From contig JBAXUE010000001.1 of NCBI GenBank assembly GCA_037129835.1, positions 90,085 to 154,084 on the forward strand: a stretch of 64,000 nucleotides of DNA, given 5' to 3'. The notes under the pieces are model-generated. The model saw nothing but the letters and a program-made list of their open reading frames with translations. It was not told the DNA's origin and did not search any database. A program made the position numbers and the translations under genes. The stretch's first letter is position 1. Each line of letters starts with the position of its first letter. The DNA comes from a bacterium. Lineage in GTDB: Bacteria > Patescibacteriota > CPR2 > UBA1875 > CAIMLA01. Shown here in pieces: positions 1 through 9,301 of the stretch.

Positions 1-1157
1 AATAGAAACTGTAAATAAACAGCCCCAGGAGCTATTTGTTTTTCACTTTCTTGTTGAACAAGTTCAGGATTAATCCAAAAGTGACCATTTCTAACTTCGT
101 ATTGCGAACGCAACTCTTCTGTAGGATCGTTCCGTAAATTGTCTATATATTTTTTTAGTGGGCCACCGTCAGAAAATTCATTTTCTGGATTATAGATATA
201 TGCATCAATGAGGTTTGCTCTAACAGAATAACTAGTGAACGGTTGGTATTGTAGTTCGTATTGGTTTTTTTGGTCATAGAATTGGTTCGGATTTATCGAT
301 TTTTCTATTTGTATCAGCTCATATGGAGCCGGTCGTGAGGGAATCGTCAACTGGGTCTCAGTACCAAGAATGTCTTTTGGTGCTGCCATCAATCCAACAA
401 GATGGAATCGATCTCCCGGTAAGGCCCCAATCTGATTTAGATTCCAGGATATTCCCTCGTAGCCGCTATTCGCTTTTATTCTTTTAGGAATCCGATCTTC
501 TTTGGTGGCGGTTTCTGATTCACGGATATCAAGTGCACAAGTGTTCATGAGTGCGCCACTTTCTAAAATTTTTAGAGCAGAAGTTACTTCTGTAGTGTGA
601 ATTAGAAAGTTGCCTCCGGGAAAAAGTTGAGCGAACTTTTCTTTGTTCCTTGCTTCAGATAAGTCATATGTGATTTCATCTAGTTTAGCGATTTCTGCTT
701 TCTCGAATTCGCTTTTAAGCGGACGCTCTTTGATAAATGAATTTATAACCTTACTAATTTCTCGCTCTCTTTGGGCTCTTTTACGTCGGAGATTTGCTAC
801 GTAGGACATGTTGCCATATTCATCAGCTCTCATTTCTGCCACATAGTCACTCATACCAAGATTCTTGTAATTATTAATCAACTCGCTTCTATCAGAGGAT
901 CTTGAGTCTAAATATTTGTCCCTAGTAAATAGCCCAAGTTCTCTGGCTTCAGCTTCAAGCCCAGCTAGTAACTCTATAGACACAGCCTCCCTAGATTGAA
1001 ATAGTGCATCACTCTTTGCTAAAAGAGTGTCTATTTGCTCTTGTTCCTCGGGCCTTGTACTGTGCCAGTGACTTTCTGAGGCTTGTAATATAAGCTCTTG
1101 GTTTGATTTTGGTTTACCAAAAGTAGTATTTATTTCGCTTTCTGCTGTTTCTTTCAT
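1..1157 (-). CDS. Hypothetical protein, 3' end outside the window (MKETAESEINTTFGKPKSNQ...)
   Basis: Manual translation from ATG 1157 is open to the window edge; TG-g-TAAAAT lies 6 nt upstream (leaderless); absent from the ORF track because it is truncated. Confidence 0.75.
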   Translation of the reverse strand, partial: MKETAESEINTTFGKPKSNQELILQASESHWHSTRPEEQEQIDTLLAKSDALFQSREAVSIELLAGLEAEARELGLFTRDKYLDSRSSDRSELINNYKNLGMSDYVAEMRADEYGNMSYVANLRRKRAQREREISKVINSFIKERPLKSEFEKAEIAKLDEITYDLSEARNKEKFAQLFPGGNFLIHTTEVTSALKILESGALMNTCALDIRESETATKEDRIPKRIKANSGYEGISWNLNQIGALPGDRFHLVGLMAAPKDILGTETQLTIPSRPAPYELIQIEKSINPNQFYDQKNQYELQYQPFTSYSVRANLIDAYIYNPENEFSDGGPLKKYIDNLRNDPTEELRSQYEVRNGHFWINPELVQQESEKQIAPGAVYLQFL

Positions 1158-1508
1158 AAAGGTATTTTACCATACGACTTTTATTAATAGATAATCTATA
1201 AAATCTACACCTCCGTTGATATGAAATATCATAAAATTCAGGGGTATTTCTCCGCTCTCAGCTTCTGGTTAAGTTATTATGTTAATCACTATTCTGTTGC
1301 CCGTAGTTAGTTTACTCTTAGTAAGGCAGAAATGGTTTTTATTGAAGCATAAAAAGTTAACACGTCTGTAATACGGATATTTGGCTGTAGCTCTAATTAT
1401 TCTTTTCTATATTATAGACAAATATTTAAAAGGACCAAGTGAAACATTACGCTTGTCTACTTGACTAAATATTTTAGCTACTGATAAGATAAATATGATC
1501 GGGGGATA

Positions 1509-2792
1509 ATGAAAAAACAATTTCTCTTAAGCCTAATCTTTATAGTTATTACTGTTATTCCAATCCACGTGTTTGCGGGATCAGAAAACCTAAAGATTGA
1601 AGAATTTAGGGTAGACGGTGTAACTACAAACGACGAATACGTAGTAATTGCCAACTATGGCACTGAGAGCATAGATATTAATTTATATTCACTAACCATC
1701 AAGACAAGCGCAACGACATATAGCTACCTATATAAATTTGGAATTGGTAGTTCTATAAAGCCTGGGGAACGAATACGAATTTGCCATAATTCAATAGCGG
1801 ACAAATCACTTTGTAATTTATTCAATACTTCTACTTCATATTCTATGAAGGAAAGTGGTGTTCTTGCTCTAGTTGATAATAGCAAGGGAACAAAGATAAA
1901 TATCGATATCGTTGGCTATGGCGAGTTAGATTATGGAGTGGGTGGGTGCTGGTCTACGGGTTGTGAAGAATATCCGCTAGACATGCCTGCTAAAAACACT
2001 CCTTATAAAAGGATTAACGGTCAAGATACAAATCGAGGGTATTTTGATTTTGAACCAGTTGTAATACTAGAATCCACTTATTCTGATCCGAACATTGATA
2101 AAATAGTTATCAGCGAGCTTATGCCGGCACCAGATAGTGAAGAAGAGTGGTTCGAACTTTATAACCAGGCCAGTTTACCAGTCTCACTTTCTGGAGTAAA
2201 AATTTGCGATGCAGTTGGTAGTATCCATTGCTATTATTTTGTCGAAACAGACCTTATGAAACCTTTTGAATACAAAACTTATTCACAGAGTACGACTAAA
2301 ATTACCTTGAATAATACCGGAGATTGGCTCGAACTCCGGGATGAAAATGATAATCTTTTGGCTGACAGTGGCGGAAATTACGGCAGAGCAGACTCTGCCA
2401 TTAGTCTTTCACTATTCGGAAATGATTTTAATTGGACTAAAACAGCGACTCCAAATGAGCAAAATATTTATACTGATACGGTTGAGATAGAAGAACCAAC
2501 AACAGTGGCACCGAAATCAACTTCTAAGAAAGTTAAGGCAGCCGTAGTAAAGAAAGCTTCTAGTGTCACTTCGGCAAGCGAGCCAAGTGAAGTTGCAGGC
2601 GCTAGTACGGTTTTGGCTGCTAAAAACGCGAAATCAGTTGCGGCCATACCAGTAAAGCCGGGGCTTAACGATAATAACTATGCCTATCTTCTATTCGCTT
2701 TGGCAATCCTAATCTTTCTGGGCTATAATCTTTGGGAAAGAAGGACCAATGTCAGAAACTTTTACTACAAAATCATCAGAAGAGACAGTTAA
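1509..2792 (+). CDS. Secreted/surface protein with two lamin-tail domains and a C-terminal TM anchor
   Basis: Signal peptide; LKIEEF...EYVVIAN and IVISELMPAP..EEWFELYN LTD motifs; TATPN; C-terminal TM followed by a basic tail. Confidence 0.8.
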   Translation: MKKQFLLSLIFIVITVIPIHVFAGSENLKIEEFRVDGVTTNDEYVVIANYGTESIDINLYSLTIKTSATTYSYLYKFGIGSSIKPGERIRICHNSIADKSLCNLFNTSTSYSMKESGVLALVDNSKGTKINIDIVGYGELDYGVGGCWSTGCEEYPLDMPAKNTPYKRINGQDTNRGYFDFEPVVILESTYSDPNIDKIVISELMPAPDSEEEWFELYNQASLPVSLSGVKICDAVGSIHCYYFVETDLMKPFEYKTYSQSTTKITLNNTGDWLELRDENDNLLADSGGNYGRADSAISLSLFGNDFNWTKTATPNEQNIYTDTVEIEEPTTVAPKSTSKKVKAAVVKKASSVTSASEPSEVAGASTVLAAKNAKSVAAIPVKPGLNDNNYAYLLFALAILIFLGYNLWERRTNVRNFYYKIIRRDS

Positions 2793-3195
2793 TCTTGGCA
2801 AAAAGCTGGGCCAGAAGCTTCGTGGTGGGGAGGTAATCTTTCTTATCGGTGATCTTGGTGGTGGTAAAACTCAATTTGCCAAGGGAGTTGCCCTTGGTCT
2901 GGGAATAGTAGAAACGGTAGTAAGTCCAACGTTTACGATTGAAAGAATATACACTTCCCCTCGTCATTCCCGCGAAGGCGGGAATCTAGTCATGCACCAT
3001 TTCGATCTATATCGGCTCACGAATGATAGAGAAATAAACGAGGAAATCAAGGAAATCTCTGAAAGTGGTGTTGAGATTATGTTAATAGAGTGGCCAGAGA
3101 ATCTAGAGGGAATCCAGGGCCTCGCTACGACGAAAATACAGTTTGAACACATAGATGAAGATATTAGAAAGATAACTACTGAGGAGATAAAATGA
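2749..3195 (+). CDS. tsaE: tRNA threonylcarbamoyladenosine biosynthesis ATPase TsaE
   Basis: GDLGGGKT, SPTF, HFDLYRL, IEWPE motifs. Confidence 0.95.
   Translation: MSETFTTKSSEETVNLGKKLGQKLRGGEVIFLIGDLGGGKTQFAKGVALGLGIVETVVSPTFTIERIYTSPRHSREGGNLVMHHFDLYRLTNDREINEEIKEISESGVEIMLIEWPENLEGIQGLATTKIQFEHIDEDIRKITTEEIK
2962..2987. repeat. REP/RPE-like palindrome inserted in frame in tsaE
   Basis: cgtcATTCCCGCgaagGCGGGAATct, encoding RHSREGGNL. Confidence 0.8.
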
Positions 3196-3599
3196 TTCTT
3201 GTAATAGATACAGCTGCAAACGATACTTCTCTCGGTCTTTGGTCAGAAAAGTGGTTAGCGACGGAAGAATTCACGGGTGGGCGAGAGCTAAATAGACTTA
3301 TTATTGAAAAAATAGATAATCTTTTCGTAAATACGAAAGCTAAGCCAGCAGATATTACGGGCATAATTGTAAATGCTGGACCTGGCTCCTTTACAGGCCT
3401 GCGCATCGGTATCTCAGTTGCGAATACATTTGCATATTCACTTGATATCCCAATTGTTGGTGTAAAAGAGCAGACTGAAGCTGAAAACCTTTTACAGAAT
3501 GGCCTTTCCATGCTAAAATCACGGGGCGCATCATTTGACGAGGTTGTTGTACCTCACTATGGTGCTGAACCTAATATTTCTATTCCCAAGAAGGGGTAA
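3192..3599 (+). CDS. tsaB: Short TsaB (t6A biosynthesis)
   Basis: ILVIDTA and GPGSFTGLRIG motifs; overlaps tsaE by ATGA-type coupling region. Confidence 0.92.
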   Translation: MILVIDTAANDTSLGLWSEKWLATEEFTGGRELNRLIIEKIDNLFVNTKAKPADITGIIVNAGPGSFTGLRIGISVANTFAYSLDIPIVGVKEQTEAENLLQNGLSMLKSRGASFDEVVVPHYGAEPNISIPKKG

Positions 3600-3601
3600 G
3601 G

Positions 3602-3758
3602 TGTTGCCATATGGCGACGAGACCCCCAAATGGGTTTCTGCAGTCTACCAGACGCCGTGCTACAAAGCTGGAGCGCGTTGCTCCAGAAATCAACCTGGTG
3701 AAATACCCAGTGAGTTATCTGTTTGTTCTTATTCGCAATGTCTGGCGTGAGCTAGACA
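3602..3758 (+). other. GC-rich structured RNA element or leader of unknown class
   Basis: Hairpins gttgcc/ggcgac, gagaccc/gggtttc, ctggagc/gctccag, ctgg-tgaaatac-ccag; long-range stem gtcta-ccagac/gtctgg-tagac. Confidence 0.4.
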
Positions 3759-3783
3759 AAAGTATCGAGGAGGGTAGTGCGAA

Positions 3784-3933
3784 ATGAGCACAACCGATGT
3801 ACGAATCAGGCAGGTTGTGAAGGCAAAATTCCTGCTTGAAGCTGTCGAGAGTCTCTCAGAAGTCCCTTGGTGGCGCTTTATTGAGCGTTCACGTCGCCTA
3901 GAAGGTGTATGGCTTCGCAGCTCTTCTGCGTAA
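3784..3933 (+). CDS. Small ORF, 49 aa (MSTTDVRIRQVVKAKFLLEAVESLSEVPWWRFIERSRRLEGVWLRSSSA)
   Basis: Manual translation; SD GAGGAGGG upstream; below the ORF-track cutoff. Confidence 0.45.
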   Translation: MSTTDVRIRQVVKAKFLLEAVESLSEVPWWRFIERSRRLEGVWLRSSSA

Positions 3934-3979
3934 AACTATGCCGAAACCAGGCCCAGACAAACCAGGGAGGTGAAGACAG

Positions 3980-4186
3980 GTGGCTACTAATAGGCGCGAG
4001 GAAGCCCTCGTAAAGGCACAGGCTGAAATAGACGATTTCAGGGCTAATCATCCTGAGGAAGATTGGGGTCTGGACTCGGACTACGTGAGACGCCAGCAAT
4101 ACGAGAAAACCCATGAACGCATCGAGACGGTTCAGGGTCTCAGAAGTTGGTCACTCGGAGAGTCAACAAGGAGAAGTATCGGTTAA
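3980..4186 (+). CDS. Small hypothetical protein, 68 aa
   Basis: Strong SD GGAGGTGA before GTG; followed by a terminator hairpin. Confidence 0.55.
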   Translation: MATNRREEALVKAQAEIDDFRANHPEEDWGLDSDYVRRQQYEKTHERIETVQGLRSWSLGESTRRSIG

Positions 4187-4241
4187 CGGTCGAAAACCAC
4201 CAGCTTTAGGGCAACGGAGGGTTTCGGCCGTTGTTCTTTTT
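4185..4241 (+). terminator. Intrinsic terminator-like hairpin
   Basis: aacggtcgaaa...tttcggccgtt followed by gttcttttt. Confidence 0.55.
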
Positions 4242-4465
4242 AAGTCTTGTTTTTTTGTCTCGAAAGTCATATAATAATCCCGTAAACATAGAAATTAAAA
4301 CTAGTTGACATATATTCCAAAAAACCAAAAATTAATCTTAAATACATTAGAAAATAAAGAAATTTACTATAAAATTGAATAGATAAAACTCTTTTTTGGG
4401 AACATTTTTGGTTCTGTGCCAGCTTTTATGAAACTTACCCGTTATGGGAAAAGGAAGGAGATAAT

Positions 4466-5992
4466 ATGGAAGTAATTAGCATTATTATTGCGATTGCGGC
4501 TCTTGGTGCTGGCGGGATCGGTGGCTATGCTTATCGAAAAGTCCAGATATCAAAAGACGTAGAAAATGCAGAAGGCAAAGCAGAAAAAAAGATTTCTGAA
4601 GCTGAAGTAAAGGCAAAAGAAATTGTTATCGAGGCCAAGAATGAGGCTATTAAGATCGCTGAAGCGGCGAAACACGAAGAAAAAGAACGTCGTGACCAAT
4701 TTTCGGCAACAGAAAGAAGAGTCGCACAGCGTGAGGAAGCTCTCGATAAAAAAAGTGACGAGCTAGACAAGAAACGTGACGATATCGATAAGAATAAAGA
4801 AGAAATCGAAACTGTTAAGAACGATTTACGTGATCTTCGGGTCAAACAACAGGGAGCGCTTGAGAAAATATCAAAACTTACTAAAGATGAGGCCAAAGAC
4901 ACCCTTCTTAAAATGGTAGAAAAAGACTACAAAAAAGATATTGTTAGTTATATCAAAAAAGTTGAGATGGAAACCAAGGAAGAGGCTGACACTAAGGCCC
5001 GTGAGATTCTCGTTACCGCGATTCAACGTGTCGCAGGCGAGCAAACAGCTGAAAGTACAGTAACTTCAGTTGCTTTGCCTAATGACGAAATAAAAGGAAG
5101 AATTATCGGTCGAGAAGGACGAAATATACAAGCTATCGAAAAGGCGACTGGTTGTGACATTATTGTTGACGACACACCAGGGATGATTGTTATATCTGGC
5201 TTTGATCCAGTAAGACGCAATGTAGCCAAGGTAGCTCTAGAGAAACTTATTAAAGATGGTAGAATCCATCCAACCAAGATCGAAGAATCAGTGGCCAAGG
5301 CTCAAGAAGAGATAGATAAGCAGATCAAAGAAGCTGGCGAAAAAGCTGTTTATGAAGCTGGTGTAGCTGGACTTCCTGCTGAGATGATAAAGCTTCTTGG
5401 ACGCTTGAAGTTTAGAACTTCTTTTTCCCAAAATGTACTTCAACATTCAGTTGAAACAGCTCTTCTCGCAAGTGCGCTCGCAGGTGAGCTTGGTGCTGAT
5501 GTTGCTCTTGCTAAAAAGGCGGGGCTTCTCCATGACATTGGTAAGGCAGTGGACCAAGATATAGAGGGTTCTCATGCTACTATTTCTCGTGATATTTGTA
5601 GAAAATTTGGTATGAGTGACGAGATTGTTCATGCGGTAGAGGCACATCACGAAGAGGTTCCCTTCCGAACAGTTGAGGCAGTTATTATTCAAGTTTCTGA
5701 TGCTATTTCAGCTGGACGCCCAGGGGTTCGAAGAGACTCTTTGGATAATTATGTAAAGAGACTTACAGAGCTAGAAAATATTGCCAAAGGCTTCGATGGA
5801 GTAGAGAAGGTTTACGCAATCCAAGCAGGTAGAGAAGTGCGTGTCTTTGTAACGCCAGAGAAGATAGACGATCTTACGGCATTAAAACTTGCCAAGGATG
5901 TTGCGACCAAGATTGAGGCTGATCTGAAATATCCTGGGCAGATCAAGGTCAATGTTATCCGTGAAACCAGAGCAATCGAGTACGCAAAATAA
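4466..5992 (+). CDS. rny: Ribonuclease Y
   Basis: N-terminal TM, coiled coil, KH (KGRIIGREGRNI), HD (LLHDIGK, AHH, DAISAGRPG). Confidence 0.97.
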   Translation: MEVISIIIAIAALGAGGIGGYAYRKVQISKDVENAEGKAEKKISEAEVKAKEIVIEAKNEAIKIAEAAKHEEKERRDQFSATERRVAQREEALDKKSDELDKKRDDIDKNKEEIETVKNDLRDLRVKQQGALEKISKLTKDEAKDTLLKMVEKDYKKDIVSYIKKVEMETKEEADTKAREILVTAIQRVAGEQTAESTVTSVALPNDEIKGRIIGREGRNIQAIEKATGCDIIVDDTPGMIVISGFDPVRRNVAKVALEKLIKDGRIHPTKIEESVAKAQEEIDKQIKEAGEKAVYEAGVAGLPAEMIKLLGRLKFRTSFSQNVLQHSVETALLASALAGELGADVALAKKAGLLHDIGKAVDQDIEGSHATISRDICRKFGMSDEIVHAVEAHHEEVPFRTVEAVIIQVSDAISAGRPGVRRDSLDNYVKRLTELENIAKGFDGVEKVYAIQAGREVRVFVTPEKIDDLTALKLAKDVATKIEADLKYPGQIKVNVIRETRAIEYAK

Positions 5993-6003
5993 CCCCTCCC
6001 GCC

Positions 6004-6091
6004 GTCATCCTGTCATCGACTCTGAGGTGAGCCTCATCGCTCAGACTCGAAGAGAGGAGCTAAGAAAGCTCACTTAGCGACGTGAGGATCT
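6004..6091. repeat. Composite REP-like palindromic element
   Basis: gtcatcctg...gaggatct ends enclosing a hairpin tcga-ctctgag...ctcaga-ctcga. Confidence 0.45.
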
Positions 6092-6136
6092 ATAACTCTC
6101 GGCTTCTGCTCGAGACGACATAATAAAAGGAAAATT

Positions 6137-6919
6137 ATGAAAATATTATTTATCGGCGATATAGTTAGCAGTAGTGCTAGAAGTGTATTGAAAAAACTTC
6201 TTCCTGAGCTCAGAAGTGAGCACGGAATAGATATTGTTATTGCGAACGGCGAGCACCTTTCTGATAGAGTCGGGGTAGATGCTGAGACAGTCGAAGAGAT
6301 GACTAGAGCCGGTATCGATTTCTTTACGACGGGAAATCACGTTTGGAGACAGAAGGATTTCGCGGACAAACTAGAAAAAAGAAATCTACCGGTTATTAGA
6401 CCTGCGAATTTCCTGCATGGCACTCCTGGAGACGGCTATCGAGTAATTAACACATCTTTTGGTAAGTTACTCGTCATTAACCTACTTGGCCAACATGAGA
6501 TCAAGACAAACGCGACATCACCATTTCTTACGGCTGATGAAATAATTGCTGCAAATCCAGACTGTAAATATATATTCGTTGATTTCCATGCAGAGATGAG
6601 TAGCGAAAAAGTCGCTTTGGGGCGCTATCTAGACGGTCGAGTATCTGCAGTAGTGGGTACTCATATCCATGTTCCCACCGCAGACGCTAGAGTCCTCTCT
6701 GGTGGTACAGCTGTAGTAACTGACGTAGGTTTCACAGGTCCGGCAGAGTCAATACTTGGAGTTCGAGAAGATATTATTTTTCAGACATTTATTTCTAGTA
6801 TGCCCCAGAAATTTGAGCTAGCAGACGGTCCAATCCAGCTCAATTCAGTTTTAATCGATCTCGGCTCAGACGGTAAGGCAAAATCTATAATTCGTATTGA
6901 TAAAGTAGTTTCTGTTTAG
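6137..6919 (+). CDS. ymdB: YmdB/TIGR00282-family metallophosphoesterase
   Basis: GDIV, ANGEH, TGNH, DFHAE, GTHIH, TDVGFTG motifs; conserved position after rny. Confidence 0.92.
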   Translation: MKILFIGDIVSSSARSVLKKLLPELRSEHGIDIVIANGEHLSDRVGVDAETVEEMTRAGIDFFTTGNHVWRQKDFADKLEKRNLPVIRPANFLHGTPGDGYRVINTSFGKLLVINLLGQHEIKTNATSPFLTADEIIAANPDCKYIFVDFHAEMSSEKVALGRYLDGRVSAVVGTHIHVPTADARVLSGGTAVVTDVGFTGPAESILGVREDIIFQTFISSMPQKFELADGPIQLNSVLIDLGSDGKAKSIIRIDKVVSV

Positions 6920-7063
6920 CCTCAGTTTATTCTCAGCTATAGAGACTAATTTAGTGTGGAGATAACTTCACAGGTGTAGTATAATTAGCTTAGTAAAAAG
7001 ATAAAAATCCCTTTAGTCGAGGGTCTGCTGGCTTAAAAAGCCAACTACGAAGGAGAGAATAAA

Positions 7064-7336
7064 ATGACAAAAAGAGAGCTAGTCGAAGTATTATCGAAAG
7101 AAACTGCATATACCAAGAAAGAGGTAAAAGAATTTATTGAGAAATTCGCAGAAGTTGTTACTCGCACTGTAAAAAAAGGTGAAAAAGTAGCTGTAACTGG
7201 TTTTGGTACATTTGACCTTGGTAAACGAGCTGCTCGACGTGGACGTGATCCACAGAGTGGTGAAATCATCCGTATACCAGAGATGAAAATGCCTCGTTTT
7301 AGAGCGGGTAAGAACCTAAAAGAAAACGTTAGATAA
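7064..7336 (+). CDS. hup: HU DNA-binding protein
   Basis: MTKRELV, GFGTF, RAARRGRDPQSGE, FRAGKNLK. Confidence 0.95.
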   Translation: MTKRELVEVLSKETAYTKKEVKEFIEKFAEVVTRTVKKGEKVAVTGFGTFDLGKRAARRGRDPQSGEIIRIPEMKMPRFRAGKNLKENVR

Positions 7337-7350
7337 TATTTCTAAAATAG

Positions 7351-7379
7351 ATAAAAGAGGCCTTAAGGGCCTCTTTTAT
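7351..7379. terminator. Intrinsic terminator after hup
   Basis: ataaaagaggcc-ttaag-ggcctcttttat. Confidence 0.8.
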
Positions 7380-7535
7380 ATTGAAAAAAAGCTGATTTTC
7401 TGCTAAAATAACTAGGCATTTTGTGAGCAATCCACAAGTGGGGTCCCCGAAATTCATAGGATTTAAGGGGAAGAGGAAAAGTCGCGTAAAACATAAGCTT
7501 TGTAAAAAGCGATTGTTGGCAGCGGACTTTGACGA

Positions 7536-7611
7536 GCGGGTATAGTATAATGGCTTATTATGCGACCCTTCCAAGGTCGAGATAAGGGTTCGATCCCCTT
7601 TACCCGCTCCA
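7536..7611 (+). tRNA. tRNA-Gly(TCC)
   Basis: Cloverleaf; cgacc-cTTCCaa-ggtcg anticodon arm; GTTCGA; encoded CCA. Confidence 0.95.
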
Positions 7612-7769
7612 CGTCAGCGCAAGCTGGCACATTTAGCAGATCCGCCAATTGTCGGACTGCACAAATATTTTCGCTACGCCTCCTTCCCAATAAATATCTA
7701 TCGATTTTTATTGGGTGGATATACGAACTTCCGCGACATTCGGAAGCTCGTTTCGGCATAGCCTCACGT

Positions 7770-7847
7770 GCGCCTATAGCTCAGTTGGATTAGAGCGTGT
7801 GGTTTCGGCCCACAAGGCCGGGGGTTCGAGTCCCTCTGGGCGCACCA
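7770..7847 (+). tRNA. tRNA-Arg(TCG)
   Basis: tgtgg-ttTCGgc-ccaca anticodon arm; GTTCGAG; encoded CCA. Confidence 0.93.
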
Positions 7848-8022
7848 CGTCAGAATAAACTGACAGCATTCATAATTTTACCAGTAAAATCAATTCCTGC
7901 TTCTCGTTATTCTTCCTTTCCGATCAAAAACATTATTTTTGATCGGTTTATCGACAAAACAGAAATATTTGTCGAAATAGATAAAGGAGGAATCGCGAAA
8001 AAATAACAGAAGATTCCGACGT

Positions 8023-8099
8023 GGTGGTCGTAGCTCAGCTGGTAGAGCTCCGGTTTGTGGTACCGGCGGTCGCGGGTTCGAGCCCCGTCGACCACCCCA
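8023..8099 (+). tRNA. tRNA-His(GTG)
   Basis: 8-bp acceptor stem including G-1; ccggt-ttGTGgt-accgg; encoded CCA. Confidence 0.95.
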
Positions 8100-8101
8100 G
8101 T

Positions 8102-8136
8102 AAAAAAATCGAACCGTTAATCGAGTTCGATTTTTT
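8102..8136 (+). terminator. Terminator after the tRNA cluster
   Basis: aaaaaatcgaac...gttcgatttttt. Confidence 0.65.
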
Positions 8137-8161
8137 AATTAAATTTAAGTATAGTTAACAA

Positions 8162-8734
8162 ATGAAGAAAATAAATCTTTTATTTGATAAACCTGATTAT
8201 GAAAAACTACTGACCAAAGATAGAATTATTAACATCACGGGCGCAGTTGGTTCTGGTAAGTCTACTTTGGCGCGAAAGTATAAAGACAATAATAAATATA
8301 TCGTCATTGGTTTAGATAGTGTTTTTGGAGAAAGAGATCCTGAAACTAGAAATCAGCATGCTTTGAATATAAAGAAAATATTATTAGAAAAATATAGAGA
8401 CAAGGGTGAATTATCATCTAAGTACATAGTAAATTATTATGAAGATATATTAAAATACATCAAAGATAATAATAAAATTGGTATTATTGAAGGAGGTTCT
8501 GTAGGTAATGTCGACCTTATTAGTAAGTTAAAAGGGAAGATAATAGTTAAAAGAACCGTAAAGATAAGGTGCTATATAAGAGCAGTGGTACGAGATTGCA
8601 AAAATCCAGATTGGCTAGAAGATCTAAGTTTTGCGGGGAAGCTGAAAAGATATATCCATGTTGCTATCAGAAGAACAGAAATATTCAGAAATGATGAAAT
8701 AGATAAATTTATGACCGCATTAGATAAAAAGTAA
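8162..8734 (+). CDS. P-loop NTPase / nucleotide-kinase-like protein
   Basis: IINITGAVGSGKSTLA Walker A; IIEG; TATAGT 6 nt before ATG. Confidence 0.65.
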   Translation: MKKINLLFDKPDYEKLLTKDRIINITGAVGSGKSTLARKYKDNNKYIVIGLDSVFGERDPETRNQHALNIKKILLEKYRDKGELSSKYIVNYYEDILKYIKDNNKIGIIEGGSVGNVDLISKLKGKIIVKRTVKIRCYIRAVVRDCKNPDWLEDLSFAGKLKRYIHVAIRRTEIFRNDEIDKFMTALDKK

Positions 8735-8741
8735 ATAATAC

Positions 8742-8770
8742 TTGACATTTAGTAAACTTTACTTTACAAT
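8742..8770 (+). promoter_or_regulatory. Sigma70 promoter with a palindromic operator in the spacer
   Basis: TTGACA-17-TACAAT; AGTAAA-c-TTTACT at 8751-8763; ATG at 8778. Confidence 0.75.
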
Positions 8771-8777
8771 CACAGAC

Positions 8778-8999
8778 ATGGAACTAGGCAACAAAATAAA
8801 AGAGCTTCGCGCGAAAAATAATATTACCCAAGAAAAGTTGGCCAAGAAAACAGACGTTAGTCGCCAAACAATCATATCTATAGAAGGGGGTCAATATACC
8901 CCGTCTGCACTACTTGCCCTGAGGATAGCAAATATTTTTAAGTTACAATTTGAGGATGTATTTTATATAGTTAATAAAAAGGAGAATAATGAGCGTTGA
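8778..8999 (+). CDS. XRE/Cro-family HTH regulator
   Basis: NKIKELR..TQEKLA..VSRQTI..IEGGQYTPS; start moved to ATG 8778 because the track's TTG is the -35 box. Confidence 0.9.
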   Translation: MELGNKIKELRAKNNITQEKLAKKTDVSRQTIISIEGGQYTPSALLALRIANIFKLQFEDVFYIVNKKENNER

Positions 9000-9222
9000 A
9001 ACAGAATTAACCAAAAAAGGTGACGAGAGACAAAATTATTACAATGGTTTGGCTTCAAGAATGGGGTTTATCTCCGTAGTTTTGAGTGCACTTGTAATGT
9101 CAGGATATTTTGCATATTTAGGTGATTATGATAAGGCATTTTTAATCCAAGAGCCAGCAGTTATTGGGGTGTTGGTCTTTATGGCATTTTATATAAAATG
9201 GAAGGTTGGTAATAGGCAATAG
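8989..9222 (+). CDS. Small 2-TM membrane protein (DUF2178-like partner of the XRE regulator)
   Basis: GDER motif followed by two hydrophobic helices; SD AAGGAG. Confidence 0.7.
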   Translation: MSVETELTKKGDERQNYYNGLASRMGFISVVLSALVMSGYFAYLGDYDKAFLIQEPAVIGVLVFMAFYIKWKVGNRQ

Positions 9223-9249
9223 CTTAGACTTTTTTGCACTATTTGATTC

Positions 9250-9301
9250 GTATATTGAAATATAAAAGAGGCCATTTGGCCTCTTTTATATTTCAATATA
9301 C
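9250..9301. terminator. Bidirectional terminator, perfect 24-bp inverted repeat
   Basis: gtatattgaaatataaaagaggcc-attt-ggcctcttttatatttcaatatac between convergent genes. Confidence 0.85.

Noticed and set aside
7329-8095. ORFs 7329..7574, 7463..7759, 7560..7793, 7797..8006 and 7907..8095
   Set aside because: They overlap tRNA genes and repeats and are spurious frames
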